A DNA stretch of 64,000 nucleotides from Gracilinanus agilis (GCF_016433145.1 NC_058132.1:276298939-276362938); one strand, 5' to 3'. Numbered from the stretch's first letter, positions 45,160 to 61,152 are shown. Notes: generated by a model not told the origin, from the sequence alone. Numbers and translations are program-made.

Positions 45160-48157
45160 TGTTACTTGCTCTTAATTCCTTCTTCTGTATATATATCCTT
45201 ACAGATCTGTGCTGGTTTTTTGAGTTCCCTATTTAGTTTGAGATTATGTGACTTTCTTTACAAATTCACCACTATACAGTTATAGAAGATTGCCCATATT
45301 TCTTATTTATATATGCAAGAAGTCCCACAATTCATAGTTCATTAAAGCTTAAAACAATACTACAAGTTTTGGGACACTATATCCTATAACTTGATTAAAT
45401 AGAAACTTAGCTAATTTGAACAGTTGTGAGTCATATACTGAGCAAGTAGTAGATCCAGGATTTGAACCCAGGTCAAGAACTCTTTCCACTGAACTATGCT
45501 TAACATGTATTAAGTACTTCTGTGTAGAATGATGATCCAAAGTACATTAGAGATCTTTAGCATTTAAGAGTAAATTATATTCAGTAGACTACTGAGGCTA
45601 GACAAGTTACTAATTCATTAAAAAGAAGATTAGGATAAGCAAAGTATTTAAAATAGAATCCTTTTTTTTTTTTTTTTTTTTTTTTTTGCTTAATTCTTAA
45701 CTTATTAGAAAAGTCAGTTAAACTTAGCACTCCATTCCCTGATCGTACCTGCCAGAGCTTATGTTTCTGGCAAAGCCTCCACACCACACAGTGAGACGTC
45801 ATTGAAGTACAGTAGAGTATGTATTTTCAAATATTTAAAAAACTAAATATTAATTTTTAAAAATCCATCTCAAATGAAAATAGCCACATGAAATAACTTA
45901 GGAATTCTACTTTAATAACTAGTCAAGTTGATTAGCTTACTATGGACCAGACTAAATAAGAATAATCTGTAAACATTTGACAATCACAGGTTAGCATTAG
46001 AAGACACTTTTGAGATCATTTAGTTCAATTCTAATAATTTTTCAGATTGAAAACTGATGTCCAGCAAGATAGAATGATTTTGGCCATGTTCCTGTAGCCA
46101 GTGGAAGGACTGGCTAGCACCTCAGGGTCTTAGATTAGTTCATTCTATACTTTTTTCAATAGACTACAAATAAATTGTCTGTACTTGTATCCACTTCTAA
46201 AGTAATAGAATAAATCAGGCAATTCTCAAGTACACTAAACTTTAATTTTTATAATCATATTTACATTGCTAATGAATGCTAGTGGTTGTGGGTTTTTTGT
46301 TAAACAAAGGTAACATTCAGTTCAGACTCTTGACTGAGAAACAAATTCTGAATGAGTAATATAATTCCAAATTAATAGACCAAACAATTTTTTAAAAATA
46401 CAACAAATTTAACCATTAACAAAAACAAGTAATTGAATCACATATTACAAAAACTAACTGAAACAGAAATCTTTTTAGCCATGCTGAAACAATAGCATCA
46501 TATTCAAAGATTAAGAAAAGTGAAAAAAGGTATAGTATTTTAAGCAGTTTTAAATAAGATGGGTTAAAATTTTTTTTTGATGTTCTTTTTGTTTTTTTGT
46601 GTTTTTTTGGAACCATGTTAGAATAGCTCCAGACTTCAGTCTAAGTTATATCTTAGATAATTTATCTCAAAGACTTATAAATTCATTGTGAAATATAGTT
46701 GGAGAAGGTTATAGAAAATACTGAACATGGTTGGTCTATTCTCAGAATTGGGTATTTACAATTGATAGAGTGTATTTTTACCAGTGTTTTTAATAGATGG
46801 GCTCAAATTCTTATTAAATCTGTATTTTAAAACATAATGGACTCTTGAGAGAGCTTTTTTGTGACTCATGGATATTGACAAAGTGTTTCTTTATAATATT
46901 TAAAAGTATCTCACTGCTTGTTCAAGGTTCTCTATATTCAGTAATCAAAAGGTGGTAATGAAATGTTATGACTTACACCCACCAAACTCTTGGAAATTCA
47001 TAGTTTAAATCCCCAGGAAATCTCTTAATGCTGTCTCCTGCGCATGTGAGAGTAGGTGAGGGGAAATACATGGGGTGAATGGCCCTTTCACAGGGCAATG
47101 TGACATACTATAAAAGAATTATTTCTTAATTATAATATTTAAATTTTCCCCTTAGTTTGAAATAGTCCTAAATGCATATTCAGTTGTTCAGCTCACCAGA
47201 ATGAGGTTTCCTTTTACTAGGCCATTACAATAAAGTCTTCAGATTTTATAGGATTGGTTTGGGGGGTTTTGAGTAACTCTTATTCTGGTTGTTGTAGAGT
47301 CAGACATTTGTGCCAGATACAGTTTGCAAACTGATGTTCTTTTTTTTTCCCCACAAAAGTTATGAATAATGAGCAACATTTACTGTAACGTATATACCCA
47401 GTTACTTGTGCTGACATTCATTAGAATATGGTATTATTCGGTATGCGTATTACTTATCTAGAGGCTTCAGAGATATCATTCTATAACCTTCTCAAAACCA
47501 CTGAGTTTAGCCTTTAAGCAAATTGTATTTGTAGGACCTTTAATATTTTTCAAATATAGTATTTAAATCAGATTAACACATTTAGGGATCTGGTGTATAT
47601 TTTTTTGTTCCATATTCACTGAAGTAGACTTGTTTTTAATGATGAGGGGTTAGCTTTAAATTGTTACTTGTCGTCCCACCATATCTTCTAATTATCCTCA
47701 TTTTGCTTTATAAGGAAAAAAATGCGATGTATTTTCTGCTTTTAGAGAGACAAGACTCAGAGATTAGTGTTTACTGATGTGATAGTGTTCACTACCCTTA
47801 ACATTAGGGGAAAATCATGCAACTTTTTTTCTGACATTGAAATTGTGTAAAAGCCATGTGATTGTAATACTATATCCTCTCATGCTTAAAATCTTAGTTA
47901 TTTTCTAAAACATTCTCCCCCACTAGTGTTTGATAGGATTGTGCATATTGTGCCATTTTTGTAGTTTCAGTTTATTCAGTTTAACAATTATTTTTCTTTA
48001 TCCTTCTGTTTTTCTAACAATATTCTGCTCAAAATTTAAAATCAGGATAAATAGAAATTACTCAGTATTATGAAATTTCTTTATGTTGCTTTAGTCTTTA
48101 AATGGCTTCTTTATATATACTTCAGTGTTCTGTAAAATACTTTCTTTTTTCTTGTAG

Positions 48158-48242
48158 AAAAGGCTACAAATGAATACAATACCAGTGAAGACTGGGGACT
48201 TATTATGGATATATGTGACAAAGTAGGAAGTACTCCAAATGG
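48158..48242 (+). CDS. STAM2: STAM2 exon 2 (VHS; [29 protein letters not shown])
   Basis: TAG acceptor, GTAAGA donor, 85 nt, in frame. Confidence 0.97.
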
Positions 48243-48509
48243 GTAAGATCATTGGTCATAGTTGGGTATGTCTAAATTCTTTCTCTCTGATGTATATAGT
48301 ATGTCTCTTGTGACCTTTTATAACTAAATGTATGGAAAAGGAGAGATTATGAGGGGCTGGAGATTGAGGAGAGAGTAGAGATGAAAGTAAAGTGCTGACT
48401 GGGGTGAGATGACTTTGTCTTAAAGCTTAGAGCAAATGGGAAAGAGCTGAGCCTGCAGGTTTCTTCCCTCAGCTCTGCTTTTGGAGGATGGAGGAAACTT
48501 GCAGACAGT

Positions 48510-48814
48510 TGTTATTATTAAAAATGATGAGGGCCGAGATCAAAAGGGAGAATAGTATTTTAATAAAAGCCATGCTGATAGAGATAAACTGACCACACGC
48601 CTGTAAGAAACCTATTCCAACCTCACCTCAGCCATTTACCTTCCTCTCTCCTCGAGCTCAGGTAACTAAAGAGAGAGTTCCAAGTCACTCCCCCTACTTA
48701 AAACAGTCCCTCACTTTTAATACGTCATCCAAAACAGGAAACCCATGAAACCCGTTGGACCACGGGAAATGTAGTTTTAAGGACCCCCACAGGTCCACAG
48801 AAGTTTGTCAAACA
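48510..48814 (-). mobile_element. Short solo LTR-like element in intron 2
   Basis: TG...CA ends and LTR-like layout; no TSD confirmed. Confidence 0.5.
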
Positions 48815-49309
48815 CTATATTGAGGTTCAATCCTTCCAAATAGAACCCCAGGTGATTTTAACTAACACACAGTTGAAATCTGACCTTAGAAATTCATTGT
48901 CCAAATACAGAATAGTCTTTTAAAAAGTGTATAATTCCTTATTTAGGGAATGTCTACTTAAGTTAGACATTCTTAGTAGCCTTCCCTTTGGCTAACTGGA
49001 TGATAGCAAGTAAATATTAGACATAGTGTTGATGATTAATCATTAACTTCTCATACTTGCTACTTGGATGAAATTTGTGTTATACTTGATTTTCCATCTC
49101 AAAGTCAGCTGTTGGGGGTGGGGGAGCATAGGCACACCAACCACCAGATAATGTTTTCATCTTATATTCCTTATGTTTCTCTGTTTTGACTAGATCTCAG
49201 CTCCTACCCACAAGTGTTCTACATCCTTGATCAAAAACTGACAGTTCTTTCTGACTAAAACTTCCTATCATTCTAACTTCCGATGCCATAGCCCTCCTTA
49301 CTCTTTTTT

Positions 49310-50410
49310 GTTTGTTTGTTTTAGAAAGAAATTTATTAAGTTATTTGAAAGGAAGAGAGCTGAGGAAAAAAAGAATGTTTCCCTCCAGGAGTCTTTGTGA
49401 GGTTAATATATTATATAGAGTGCAGACAAGGGCTTAAGGACATTTGCCTGGTAGGCAGTATAGTCTCCAGAAGAAGGGCAGTTTGAGATGTATGTCAGCA
49501 GGTGAGTCAATCTCATTTGTGAAACTTTAAACACAAACTTTGGATGGACCCAAAACAAGACTTGAACTCACCCAAAACAAGCACTAGGGGTGGGATCTAA
49601 GCATTCCTTATAACCATCTGGCTTCCTTGGAGTATCTCTGAGGTCAGCTTGTCCTCTACAGTAAGCTTTTGGGTTAGACAATTTTCTAGTCACGTAAAGC
49701 CAGGCTTAAATAATATTAATAAAGAATTAATGAACATTTTCTCCACAATCCCAACTTTTGGGCTCAAATCCCAGCTTTCTCATACCAATGAAAACCTAAT
49801 TACAGAAGCAAAAAGCTGGGTTATGATTTCAAAAGGAGTTCATCAAAATAACCTAACTCAGTTATGTTCTCACTACATAAATCACCTAGAGTTCGTTAGA
49901 ATTCCTTTAAGGAGAAGTAGTGACTGGATCGGTGACAGACTTCTCTCAAAGTCTCATGGGCTGACTTAGAGGGGTCAGTTTGAGCCTCAGAGACTGCAAG
50001 TCAGAGGACTTGAACTAGGAAACAAATGCACTGTGGCCATAAGTATCTCCAACATCATAATTCCACTTTTCCTTCAGTTGCATAAAAATTGAACAAACAT
50101 AGTTAAGTGGAATCATAATCTCATATCTCCCATAAGGAGACAAACCTTGTTAAACAGACTTTAGAGGTAAACTTAAGTCAGGTTACAGATTAAACTACAT
50201 TTGGAAAATTCACAGTGGACTGATTGAAAGAGGAGATTTACCTGCCAAGAAGGTAACCAAGAAAACTAGTCAGGGAACTCTTCCCTTACTCTAGCTAGGG
50301 GAACAACTAACTCATTTTGGGGAGTTTAAATTTTGGTTTCTACCTGAGGAATGTCAAACAATTAACATTATTATTCCATAAGCCATGTTTTGGTCAGGTC
50401 AAAGCCTTCT
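49310..50410. mobile_element. LTR/ERV-derived segment in intron 2
   Basis: Composition and motif style similar to the upstream LTR clusters; family unknown. Confidence 0.4.
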
Positions 50411-50419
50411 TTATCTTCA

Positions 50420-52310
50420 TTATGATGTCTAATTGCTCTGCTCCTTAGTACTTTCTTAGCCTGTTACTACCTCTGCTGTCATTTTCACTTTTCTCTTTCC
50501 TTCCTAGTCTCCACCCAATTTAACTCCACACTTTTCTTCTTTCACATTCCTCTTCTCTGTATTCTTGCCATTTATCATTTACCAAACCATTTCCCTAGAT
50601 TATCCCCCCTGCTCCCCTACTCCTATAAATGTACTATTGAAAGGAGCCAGGAGTCACATTACTTTTCTGACTGGGTCTATCTACCTAGCATTATTTTTAT
50701 TTTACTTCAACTAGGCTCTCCCTCCAGCTAGGGAAGCCTTTTCTATTCATACCTAATTGAATTCCAATCTCACTCCCCAAGGAATCATTCCTAAACTTCT
50801 TTTCTCACTTAAGCCTCCTATATCTCCTTCCCTACTCTCTCAGCTGTAGACCTTGTCTCTTACTTTACTGAGAAAATTGAGGTCATTAGCACCGAATTTC
50901 CTCTTCCTTATAATTAACTCAAAACCTCCTCATATTATCCTTCACTCTCTCCTTTCCTCTAGTCTCTGCTAATGAAATGACTCTTCTCTTTATGCTCTGT
51001 TAATTTCATCTTCTTCCCTCCTGTTTTCTCTAGCAGATTACCCTCTCAATCATCTTCTGATTTTCTCTCTTAATCTTTTCTCAATCAGTTGGTTTCTTCC
51101 CTATTGTCTTCACATTATATACTCATCTCCTTCATCCTTAAAAAAAACCTTCCAGCAATATTGTCCTATATCTCTCCCTTTTTTACTGCTTGTACTTGTT
51201 GCCTCTCTTGTTCTTCACCCTCCTGCAGCGTATCTTCTCAAATGAAACCACTTTTTACCAGTTACCAGTGATCTCAACTTTTCTGTCTTTAATGATCTTT
51301 TCTTACCCTTCATCCTTCTTGACTTCTCTACTGCATGTGGCACTGTTAAGCATCTCTTCCTTGTTATTCTGAGGATTTTTTTGACATTGCTTATTCTTTC
51401 TTTTTCTTGTTTATTGGCTCATGATTCATGTCATACCTAAGCGTGTATGTTCTTCAAGGCTCTGTCCTGGACCCTTTCTATCTCTATATTCTTTCTCTTG
51501 GTAAATTCATCATCTTCTGTGAATTTAAGATCCTTATTCAAGTGACTTAACATCTATCTTTTTTCCTGAATTTCAGGTTCTATGGCACCAACTCCCTCTT
51601 AGACATTTGAAACTCTCTGTCCTAGACACATCACAAATGTATTATGCCCACAACACAACTCAGATTTTCCTCTTAAACCTCCCTTCTTCTAGATAACTCT
51701 TTTTCTGTTAAGAACATCATCATATTTCTAGACTCCCAATCTTGAAAACTTGGTGTCATCCTCAACTCCTCACTCTTACCCGATACATCAAATCAGTTCC
51801 TGAACCTTGCTATTTCTATCTTTATAACATCTCTTCCATCTAACCCCTTCTTTACTCAAGACAGCCACCATCATACATCAGGTGCTTGTCAGCTACTGCC
51901 TAGAATATTGCAATAGCTTCTCCTTGCCTCCAGGATCCCTACTTGAATCCATGTGGTCTACACATAACTGCCAAAATGATTTTCCTTAAGTGTAGGTCAG
52001 ACTGTGTCATTCTCTAATCAATAAACTCTTTGTTTGACTTTTAGAGCCCATCATAACCTTACTCAAACTGTCTTTCTAGCCTCATTATAAATTATTCTTC
52101 CCCAGTACTTTAGTTCAGCCAAACTGACATTCTCTTTGTCCCTCATACCTGCCACCTTATCTCCTATCCCTGGGGCTTTATACGTCCCAACCTCCATAAC
52201 TTCAGTGTATTTATCTCTTGATGTCTAATTCATAGAATTACTCTTTTAAGTAGCAGTTCAAATATTACCTTCTTCCAGAGCATTTCTCTATTCTCCTAAT
52301 TACTAGCACA
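50420..52310 (+). mobile_element. L2 LINE fragment
   Basis: Pyrimidine-rich L2 ORF2/3' region motifs (ctctgtcctggaccct, gaatattgcaatagc). Confidence 0.7.
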
Positions 52311-52844
52311 GTGGATATAAACTACTGGGCATGGAGTCAGGAAATCCTGAGTTCACATATGGCCTCAGACACTTAATAGATGTGTGACTTTGGGCAAGTC
52401 ATTTAACCCTTGTTTGCCTAAGTTTCCTCATCTATAAAATGGGCATCATAATAATAGCATCTACCTCCCAGAGTTATTGTGAGGATCAAATGAACTAATA
52501 ACAATATAATTATCATTTACAGCTTAGTAATTATAAAGTGTTTAGCACAGTGCCTGGGACATGGCAATGTCAAGGTTAGCTATTTATTGTTGTTATGTAT
52601 ATATTGTTTCCTAGTAAATTGTAAACCCCTGGAGAGAACACATTTTCTTATTTTTTATATTTTTATCCCTGGTACCTAATGTAGTTTTTGGCATGTAGCA
52701 GGAACCTACTAAATGTTTGTGGATTAATTTTTTGCCTGGTCCTGTTAAAGATGATTATCGTCCAGTATTGGGATGGGTGCTCTGGATTAAGCTTAAAGAT
52801 ATGCAATATGTACAATACTTGGACAGAAATACTGAATTTACTGA

Positions 52845-52952
<108 letters not shown>

Positions 52953-53066
52953 TGAAATTAGTTCATTATTTGATGTGAATATTAAATGTGTATATTTCTT
53001 TAAATTTTAGAAATTAAGATTGCTATTTTAATGTTATATCTTGAATATTATATTTCTTTTTAATAG

Positions 53067-53174
<108 letters not shown>

Positions 53175-54202
53175 TAAGAAACAAGGCTTAAAGACACTGA
53201 AGTAAAATTGATTTTCTTCACCACCCAAAAAACATTTAAATCTCATAATGTATACACATTTGGTGCATATCATCATTGAGGTAATTTTCACCTGTCATAG
53301 ATACACAGCAAGAAACCTCTTTAACATTTATCTTTGACATCATATGTCAAAGATTTTGTCTCAGTAATTATTTCCATCATTGAGTAAAGAAAACAGTATG
53401 TTTTAGTCATTTTTTAGCAAACATTAATTAAGTACCTACTATGTGCAAAACACTGTGCTAGGCATACTGAATTACAATGATGAAAAACTTCATCGTCCCT
53501 TCTCTGATGAAACAGTCTAATTTGAGGATGAAGTAAATGCAACATATATACTAAGAAATCTGATGGAATGTGATGAGGCTCAGTGTCTAGACACTGAGCT
53601 CTGGGAGCATTTGCCAAAGAACTGATCACTTTTCAACTAGTGGTATTAAGAAAGGCTCTATAGAGGAGGTAACTCCTGAGCTTGACTTAGAAGAAGAGAG
53701 AAGTCTCACCAGGTAGAACGAGCGAGTAAGCACCAGACATGATGAACGGCCTGTACATATATACCAAACTGGACATATCAGTCAGACTCCTTGTTTTAAT
53801 CCTACCTCTTAACATATTTAATGGTAATGGTGCAGAGAAATTGTTCCATGATCATTTTGGGCAAAAACCAAAAGTTTTTCTCATGTTAATATAATACAGT
53901 CCAATAACATCATGTATCTTAAATATTTTTCTTAATGAACCATAAAAGATGCATATTTCTTGTAATGAAACTTAAGAATTCTTGAAAATTAAGAACTTTG
54001 ATAGGTTCAGCAACTGTTATTTTCAGTTTTTTTGATATTTAACATAATGAATGTATCAGTCCCTACCTGTCAGAGAATGTAGACTTAGAAACTTGTTTTC
54101 TACATTTCATATAAAAGACACGTTTATTGTTATTTGATTCATTTTGTCATTTGTAATTTAGGCACACGTATGCAGGACTAGACTAGTGTTGTTTTTTATT
54201 AA

Positions 54203-54403
<201 letters not shown>

Positions 54404-54928
54404 TAAAGACTGTCTCATGTAAAAGCATGAAAATAGTTTAGAGGAATTGGGAAAATGGGTTAATTTTTTTGGAGAAAACCCCAACTTATATTAATAAATG
54501 CCTACCATGTTTCAAATGCTACATATGATAAAAAGAAAATTTAAGATAAACCTGACTTCACAGAGTTTGTGATCTAATTGGGAGAGAGGTTATAGTCACA
54601 TGAAAAGATAACTAATGATATAAATAAGTATATAACAAATGATGAATTAGTGCCATAGATTATATTCGAGTTCAAAAGAGTAAGAACACTTCAAACTGAT
54701 ACTCCAGGAAAATTTCACAAAGGATTTTATTTGGTGAAAGAATTGTGTGAACATTTCTAAATCAGACCTGGCAGGTTGGCAGCAGAGTCAATGGTGCAGT
54801 TGATGGGTGAACTGTATTAAGACTGAACAGAGAAAAGTAAAGATAGTAGTTATGATGAATTGGAAGAACAGAGAGGATAGAAGAACTGACTTTAAGCGTG
54901 ATCAGAAACAGGCCTAGAAGGAGTGTTG

Positions 54929-55140
54929 TTGGGGACAGCTAGTTGGCTCAGTGCATATAGAGCCAGGCCTGGAGACAAGAGGTGCTGCGTTTAAATCTGG
55001 CCTCAATCACGTGGGCAAATTTCTCAACCCCAGTTGCCTAGCCCTTCTCACTTTTCTTGCCTTGGAACTGATACTTAGTATTGATTGGAAACAGAAGGTA
55101 AGAACTAAAAACAAACAAACAAACAAATAAATAAATAAAA
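54929..55140 (+). mobile_element. Older SINE1-type SINE
   Basis: ggggacagctagttggctcagtg head; (aaac)n(aaat)n tail. Confidence 0.85.
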
Positions 55141-56302
55141 GGAATGAGGTTAGAGGGAGAGATGAAAGAACAGGAGATTATAATCAGATGAATTTTAGAG
55201 TTCAGAATCTTAGAAGTATCAAAATTATGAGTGATGGTGAGATACTGTTCTTTTGAGTTAGTGTTTGTGGAACTTGGAATTTAAAAGATTGGTGAATAGG
55301 AAGCCAGGCTGTCTGAGGAAGCATCTACTTTCTGGCTTTAGGCTTGGTCCTGAAGCCTGATTTCTATGGACTGTTGTGGTGCCTTATGTTGTCCTGTGCT
55401 CTTCCCATATATTAAGTTCTATCTCCTCACCCGCTTATCTTTCCACATTTTCAAGTACATTGAAGGTAGGACATTCTAATATAGCTATTATTTTAGGACT
55501 TCAGGGACTCATTTTAGAATTAAGGAATTATAAACAAATGGTGTTAAAATTTTAGAAATTCTGCAAATACAGACATTTGAAATTCACAGAGATATAGTTA
55601 TATATGTTATAAGGTATTCTATGTGTTTGAATTTTTCATATCACCAAAGCTTTACTTCATTAAGGCTCAAAATGTTTATTTTAGTAATCTAATATCAAAA
55701 ATATTCCAAAAAATATGACTTTTTACCTTCTTAAAGAGAAAATAATGGAATCTTTTCAAACTAACTCAGAGACATCATTATAAACATGATTGTTGCACAA
55801 TGAGTCCCCAAGAGCTTTTGAAATTTACAGAGTTTTTTGCTGTTAGCCAAGTGATTCCAGCCTGGTGGTTTTTGCCTCGTTTTTGTTTTTTATTTTCTCT
55901 TTCATTCTCAGACTGTTTGCTACAGCATCAGTGGACTTTTTCTGGTAGTTTAGTAACTTCTCCTCTCTCATCTCACCACTTGAACATATCCTGAGTACTA
56001 ACTTAATGCAAAGCATATTAAGTATAGATGGAGACATTCTCAAAACAGTATAATACAAAGTCTCTTCTCTCCAGGAAATTACAGTTTTGTAATGGGTAGG
56101 TTTTTTTTATTATTATAGGGCAGCAATTAGGTTCATGTTTTAGAATTATACTGGAAAATAATTTAGTCATTGTCAAGGATATAATTTGTAATGAAAAAAT
56201 GAGTAGGAATGGCAAATTAAAAAAAACAATAGATGCAAGTAATTTATGAATCTTTGATTTTTGTTTTAAAAGTAGCTGTGTTTATTTTGCCTTTGCCTTT
56301 AG

Positions 56303-56372
56303 ACAATTTCAAATGCTGCCAAGAATGGTACATCATCCAACAAAAACAAAGAAGATGAAGATATAGCCAAAG
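56303..56372 (+). CDS. STAM2: STAM2 exon 6 (TISNAAKNGTSSNKNKEDEDIAK; start of UIM)
   Basis: AG/GT, 70 nt. Confidence 0.96.
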
Positions 56373-56882
56373 GTGAATTAATAGGAATGTATGATTCTTT
56401 ATTAAAATTTTAGTTTTTGCTGTTTTAAAGTCTCTGTTTTCTTTGAGACAGCATACATAGGGCGTTGGACTTAGAATAAAGAAGATGGGGTTCAAATCTT
56501 GCTTCAGATACAAGACAGCTGTGTTACCCTGGCCAAGTTACCTAATCTCTCTATACCTTTATAGAAGAATTTTCCTCTGTAAAAAAAAATATTTGGACTT
56601 ATTGTCCTTTAACTTCCTCTTGAAGTCTAAAAATCTACAAAATGGTAGTTATAATAAATTTGCACATAGACCTAAAAATACAGTGATCTCTACAGCTGGA
56701 AAGAGAAATGACTTGAATAAAAAATTGAGCCCCATTTTACTTGACAGCAAGGTTGATTCATTATTTAGTATGGTATCTTCATATAGCTTACATTTTACCT
56801 ATTATATTCCAGTATACCTAATATGTTAGTATCTTTGTTATCCCTTTCTTCCTGATTTCATCAACACCAGCACTTTATTTCT

Positions 56883-57117
56883 TTTTTTTTTTTTTACTTT
56901 TTTTTATTTTTTAAATTTTTATTAAAAATCTTTACCTTCCATCTTGGAGGCAATACTGTGTATTGGCTCCAAGGCAGAAGAGTGGTAAGGGTAGGCAATG
57001 GGGGTTAAGTGAATTGCCCAGGGTCACACAGCTGGGAAGTGTCTGAGTCCAGATTTGAACCTAGGACCTCCTGTCTCTAGGTCTGGCTCTTAATCCACTG
57101 AGCTACCCAGCTACCCT
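56883..57117 (-). mobile_element. SINE1_Mdo-type SINE
   Basis: 18-bp TSD CAC[C/T]AGCACTTTATTTCT. Confidence 0.93.
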
Positions 57118-57429
57118 CACTAGCACTTTATTTCTGATAAAAGTGAGTAACAGTTTTCAGCTTCATGAGCTGTCCATGGATATTTACTGTATGGAAAATT
57201 ATTTAGACTCACAGTGACAGAAATCCATCTCATTTTTAAAAATTGGGATCTTACTTTTTAAGCCAGTAATCATCTAGTAATTCTTCTAGCAGTTTCTCTG
57301 TCTGAAACTTCATTGCTAGTTAGCTAGACCCAGCAACACAGCATGATTCTGGTTAAACATAAAAGGTATGTGAAACCACCTAGTTTTTATTTTTAGACTT
57401 CATTGTGTTCTTGAATTACAGAAAGTTAA

Positions 57430-57678
<249 letters not shown>

Positions 57679-59145
57679 TGAATTGTGTAGAAGCATTTGT
57701 AAGACAGGAAACTTAGGTTTTTCATCTCTGAATTTGGATGTAACCTTTTGGCAAGTTGCAGGTTCTATTTCAGTTTCCTTTCAAGAGAAGGAAGATCTAA
57801 TGATGCATTTCTCTCTTAAAAACGATAATGTCCTTTTAAAACATTTTTAATTTTTGGATGAAAAAGTAGAATGTAAATATGAAGTATTATTTGTGGCTAC
57901 ATAAGTGCAAAGATACAGACCAACTACATCTATATTAGGAATTGTGCAGTCAAAATTACTTGACAGAAAACTTAAGAAAAGGAAGTATAGATGGAGAAAT
58001 TGATGTATACTGGAACAAATTCCATTGTTTACTTTTGGTTTTGGAATATACATTTTAGTAAGAACATGATTTTATATCCTAACATTAAATAGTGAAAAGA
58101 AATTATAATATTTTTAGTAATTATTTTGAATGAACTAGCTTAAAAGGGCTAGCCTGATATACTTTTTAAATGGTAGATATGAGAATTATATGTAAAGGAC
58201 TGAGTATTATGTGGAAGATTTTATGTTAGACAGTGATATTGCGGTTCTGAGGCCTGCACAATAATATTTGCTTGGGGAGAGTAGAAAAAAACTTGTGAAA
58301 GAAGTGTTTTTTGATCTACTTTGACAGATGAGCATAGTAGGTTAGTTTGACTAAAAGGGAGGTTTAAAGGTTCTGAATGCCATAATGAGGAATTTGATTT
58401 TATTTAGTAGATAGTTTTGAGTTGAGGAATAACTTTATATGAGCTGTCCTTGAATGTATAGTATTTTCTTCACACAACTTAATCATTTTTCAGTACATGT
58501 AAAATGTTTTCTTATCTAGCATACAAAGTCATGCAAAATAAATGCAGTATTTTAAAATCTGTAATTGTGGAATAATATATTCAAGTCATCATTATGTTCT
58601 TGAGGAAGTTTTAACTAATCTTAAAAATAAAAATTGAATGACTTCTTATATGTATTCCTGCCTGATCCTTTTGAATTTCTCTTCTAAAATGAATAACATT
58701 CAAATGCTGCTTGATTTCAAAGACCTATCAAGCCCAAGGGGGAGAAAAAAGGCAGGGAACAGATGAGGCACCTACAGAATGTGGAATGTTATTTACATTA
58801 TCTTATTTGAATTTTCAAAATTTTCTCTGTTACAAGGGAAGATTCATTTGGAGGAAGAAAAGTATGTTGAGAAATAATTCTAATGTTTAACAAAGGGATA
58901 AATAGAATTTTACCATTTTACATTCATCTTTAGAATTTTTTAGGTGAAATTCTCTTTCATTGTATTGAAAGTTTATGCATCTTTAACAGTATCTACTAAA
59001 TCTAGTATCATAGTATATATATAATTCAATATTTCCAACAGATTTTTTTTAAAATACTTATGTTGTTTCATTTCTGCTTAGTGTTATGAGTAAAGTTAGG
59101 GCAAAGCACTAGTAACATTCCTTATTTTTACTATTTTATCTTTAG

Positions 59146-59240
59146 CGATGCCAATTGGTGGAAAGGAGAAAATCATAGGGGAGTAGGACTATTTCCATCA
59201 AATTTTGTATCACCTAATTTAAACATAGAATCTGAGATAG
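59146..59240 (+). CDS. STAM2: STAM2 exon 8 (SH3 [21 protein letters not shown])
   Basis: AG/GT, 95 nt. Confidence 0.97.
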
Positions 59241-60664
59241 GTAAGTTAAATGTTATTTTAAAATTTTAAACTCAATTTTTTTTTATATTGCAATTAACCA
59301 CTGTAGTTTTGATTATGAAGTATATTAGTATTTGAGATCTTTTAAATTGATATCAATTTTTGTTTTGATGAACTCACGATTTATATCCTTGTTTTTTTAG
59401 TTCTTTTAGAATTTTGTTAGGACGTTAATTTTTTTAAAGTATATATGTTAAGGATTGAAAATTATGCAGAATTTTTCATTGTAAAGGTATTCATATCAGG
59501 ATTTAACTGTATAGGAGAGTACATTATATCATAATAAGACTGATTTATGTGTATGTAAATAAATGAATAAGTAAATAAAGAAAAGTTTAGCAATGGTTGT
59601 ATTTCAGACTTTTCTTAGAAATGGACATACATAACCTTAAATAAATAGATTAAATATTAGTTGAGTTGCTTATTTATTGTAAGCTTTTGCCCTGGATAAT
59701 TTGTATGAGTTAATTTTTTAACTTTTGGCTAGCCTCACTTCTTATAGAAAATAAATTTGTGGTTGTAAAGAAAAGCCTTGGTAATCCCCCATTCTTTTGA
59801 AACTTCAACCTCTCACTATTAACAAACTACTTCTCTTATGCCTTCAAACATGCTCAAGTCTGCCCCCAAGTTTAACAAACCTTTACCATGTCTTTCTCAA
59901 GTAATTTTCTTCAAGTGCAAACCCTGTAACTCCCTTACTCAATCAGCTCTAAGTGGCTTCCTGTTTGTTCTTAGATGAAATATAAACTCCTCTGTTCATC
60001 ATTCAAATTCCTACTTGAGTCAACCCCAACTTACCTTTCCAGCCCCAGTGGACATCATTTTCTGTCTCTTATTCTTCAATATAGACAAATTGATCTTCTC
60101 CCTGTTTCTCACATTCAATACTGACCCCCTGTCTCTGTACCTTGCCTTGAATGTACTCTTTGTGCCTCACAGAGGAACCTTCCTCTTAAGGTACAATCCA
60201 GGCATCATCTGCTACATGAAGCCTTTCCTGATCCCCCAATTGTTATTTTTCTTCCTCTCTAACTACTTTGTATTTAATTAATTTGTGTATGTGTTTAGTT
60301 TTTGACTGCGTTTGTGCTACATATGTTTCTATATGTACTTGATTTTCCCCTGTCAGAATGCAGTCATTTCAAGAACATTTATTATTTGTTTTTAAATCTC
60401 ATTGGCCTCATACAGTGTTTGGCCATGCAGGTGCTTAATAAATACTCACTGATATGTTGTCAATCAATCATCAATAAGCATTTATTAGTCTCCTTATGTG
60501 TCAGGCTCTGTGCTAGACAATGCAAAGAATGCAAAAGAGAATCCTTGCCCTCAATGAGTTCACAGAGACAACAGCAAACAAATATATACAGTCATTTTAT
60601 ATACAGGATGAATAGGCAATAAAAAGCATTGGAATTAAAAGGGCTTGAGAAAGGCTTAATATCA

Positions 60665-60939
60665 TGTAAGATTAAAATTAAATATCATATACTTCAAGTA
60701 TTATTTTTATAAGATTTATTAATAATAATAACAAAGTAAAGGGAAGTAAAGTGAGAGAGAGAAAGAGCTTTTTTCCAGCCCCGTTAGCAGGAAGAAAAAA
60801 GACCCTGAGGGTGTGGTTACAGAAACATCTAACAACAAAACATAAGCACATATGTGAGGACTCAGAGGAAAGGAATTCTGGGAAATACTAAAGGAATTCT
60901 GGGGAACATCGTCCTAGGGTACAAAATTCCAACTACACA
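60665..60939 (-). mobile_element. Short solo LTR-like element in intron 8
   Basis: TGTAAG...ACA ends; tandem gaattctggg repeats; no TSD confirmed. Confidence 0.5.
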
Positions 60940-61152
60940 ATTGAAACATTCTCAGTTGTACTAAAAGAATCCAAATTACTGCCCATATCAGTATTAACTT
61001 ATTTAAAGTACACATTAACCAGTATAGATTGGGAAATAAAATATTTCTTTGGTTTCCACTTTTAGAAATTTAGTTTTTATATGAATAAGTTAATGAATAT
61101 AATTACCAAAATTAATGTTGGAGAAATAAAAAATTGATTCATTTTTCTCTAG

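Noticed and set aside
47330-47430. Possible intronic box C/D snoRNA in intron 1 (ATGA...CTGA)
   Set aside because: No proper RUGAUGA C box or terminal stem could be identified.
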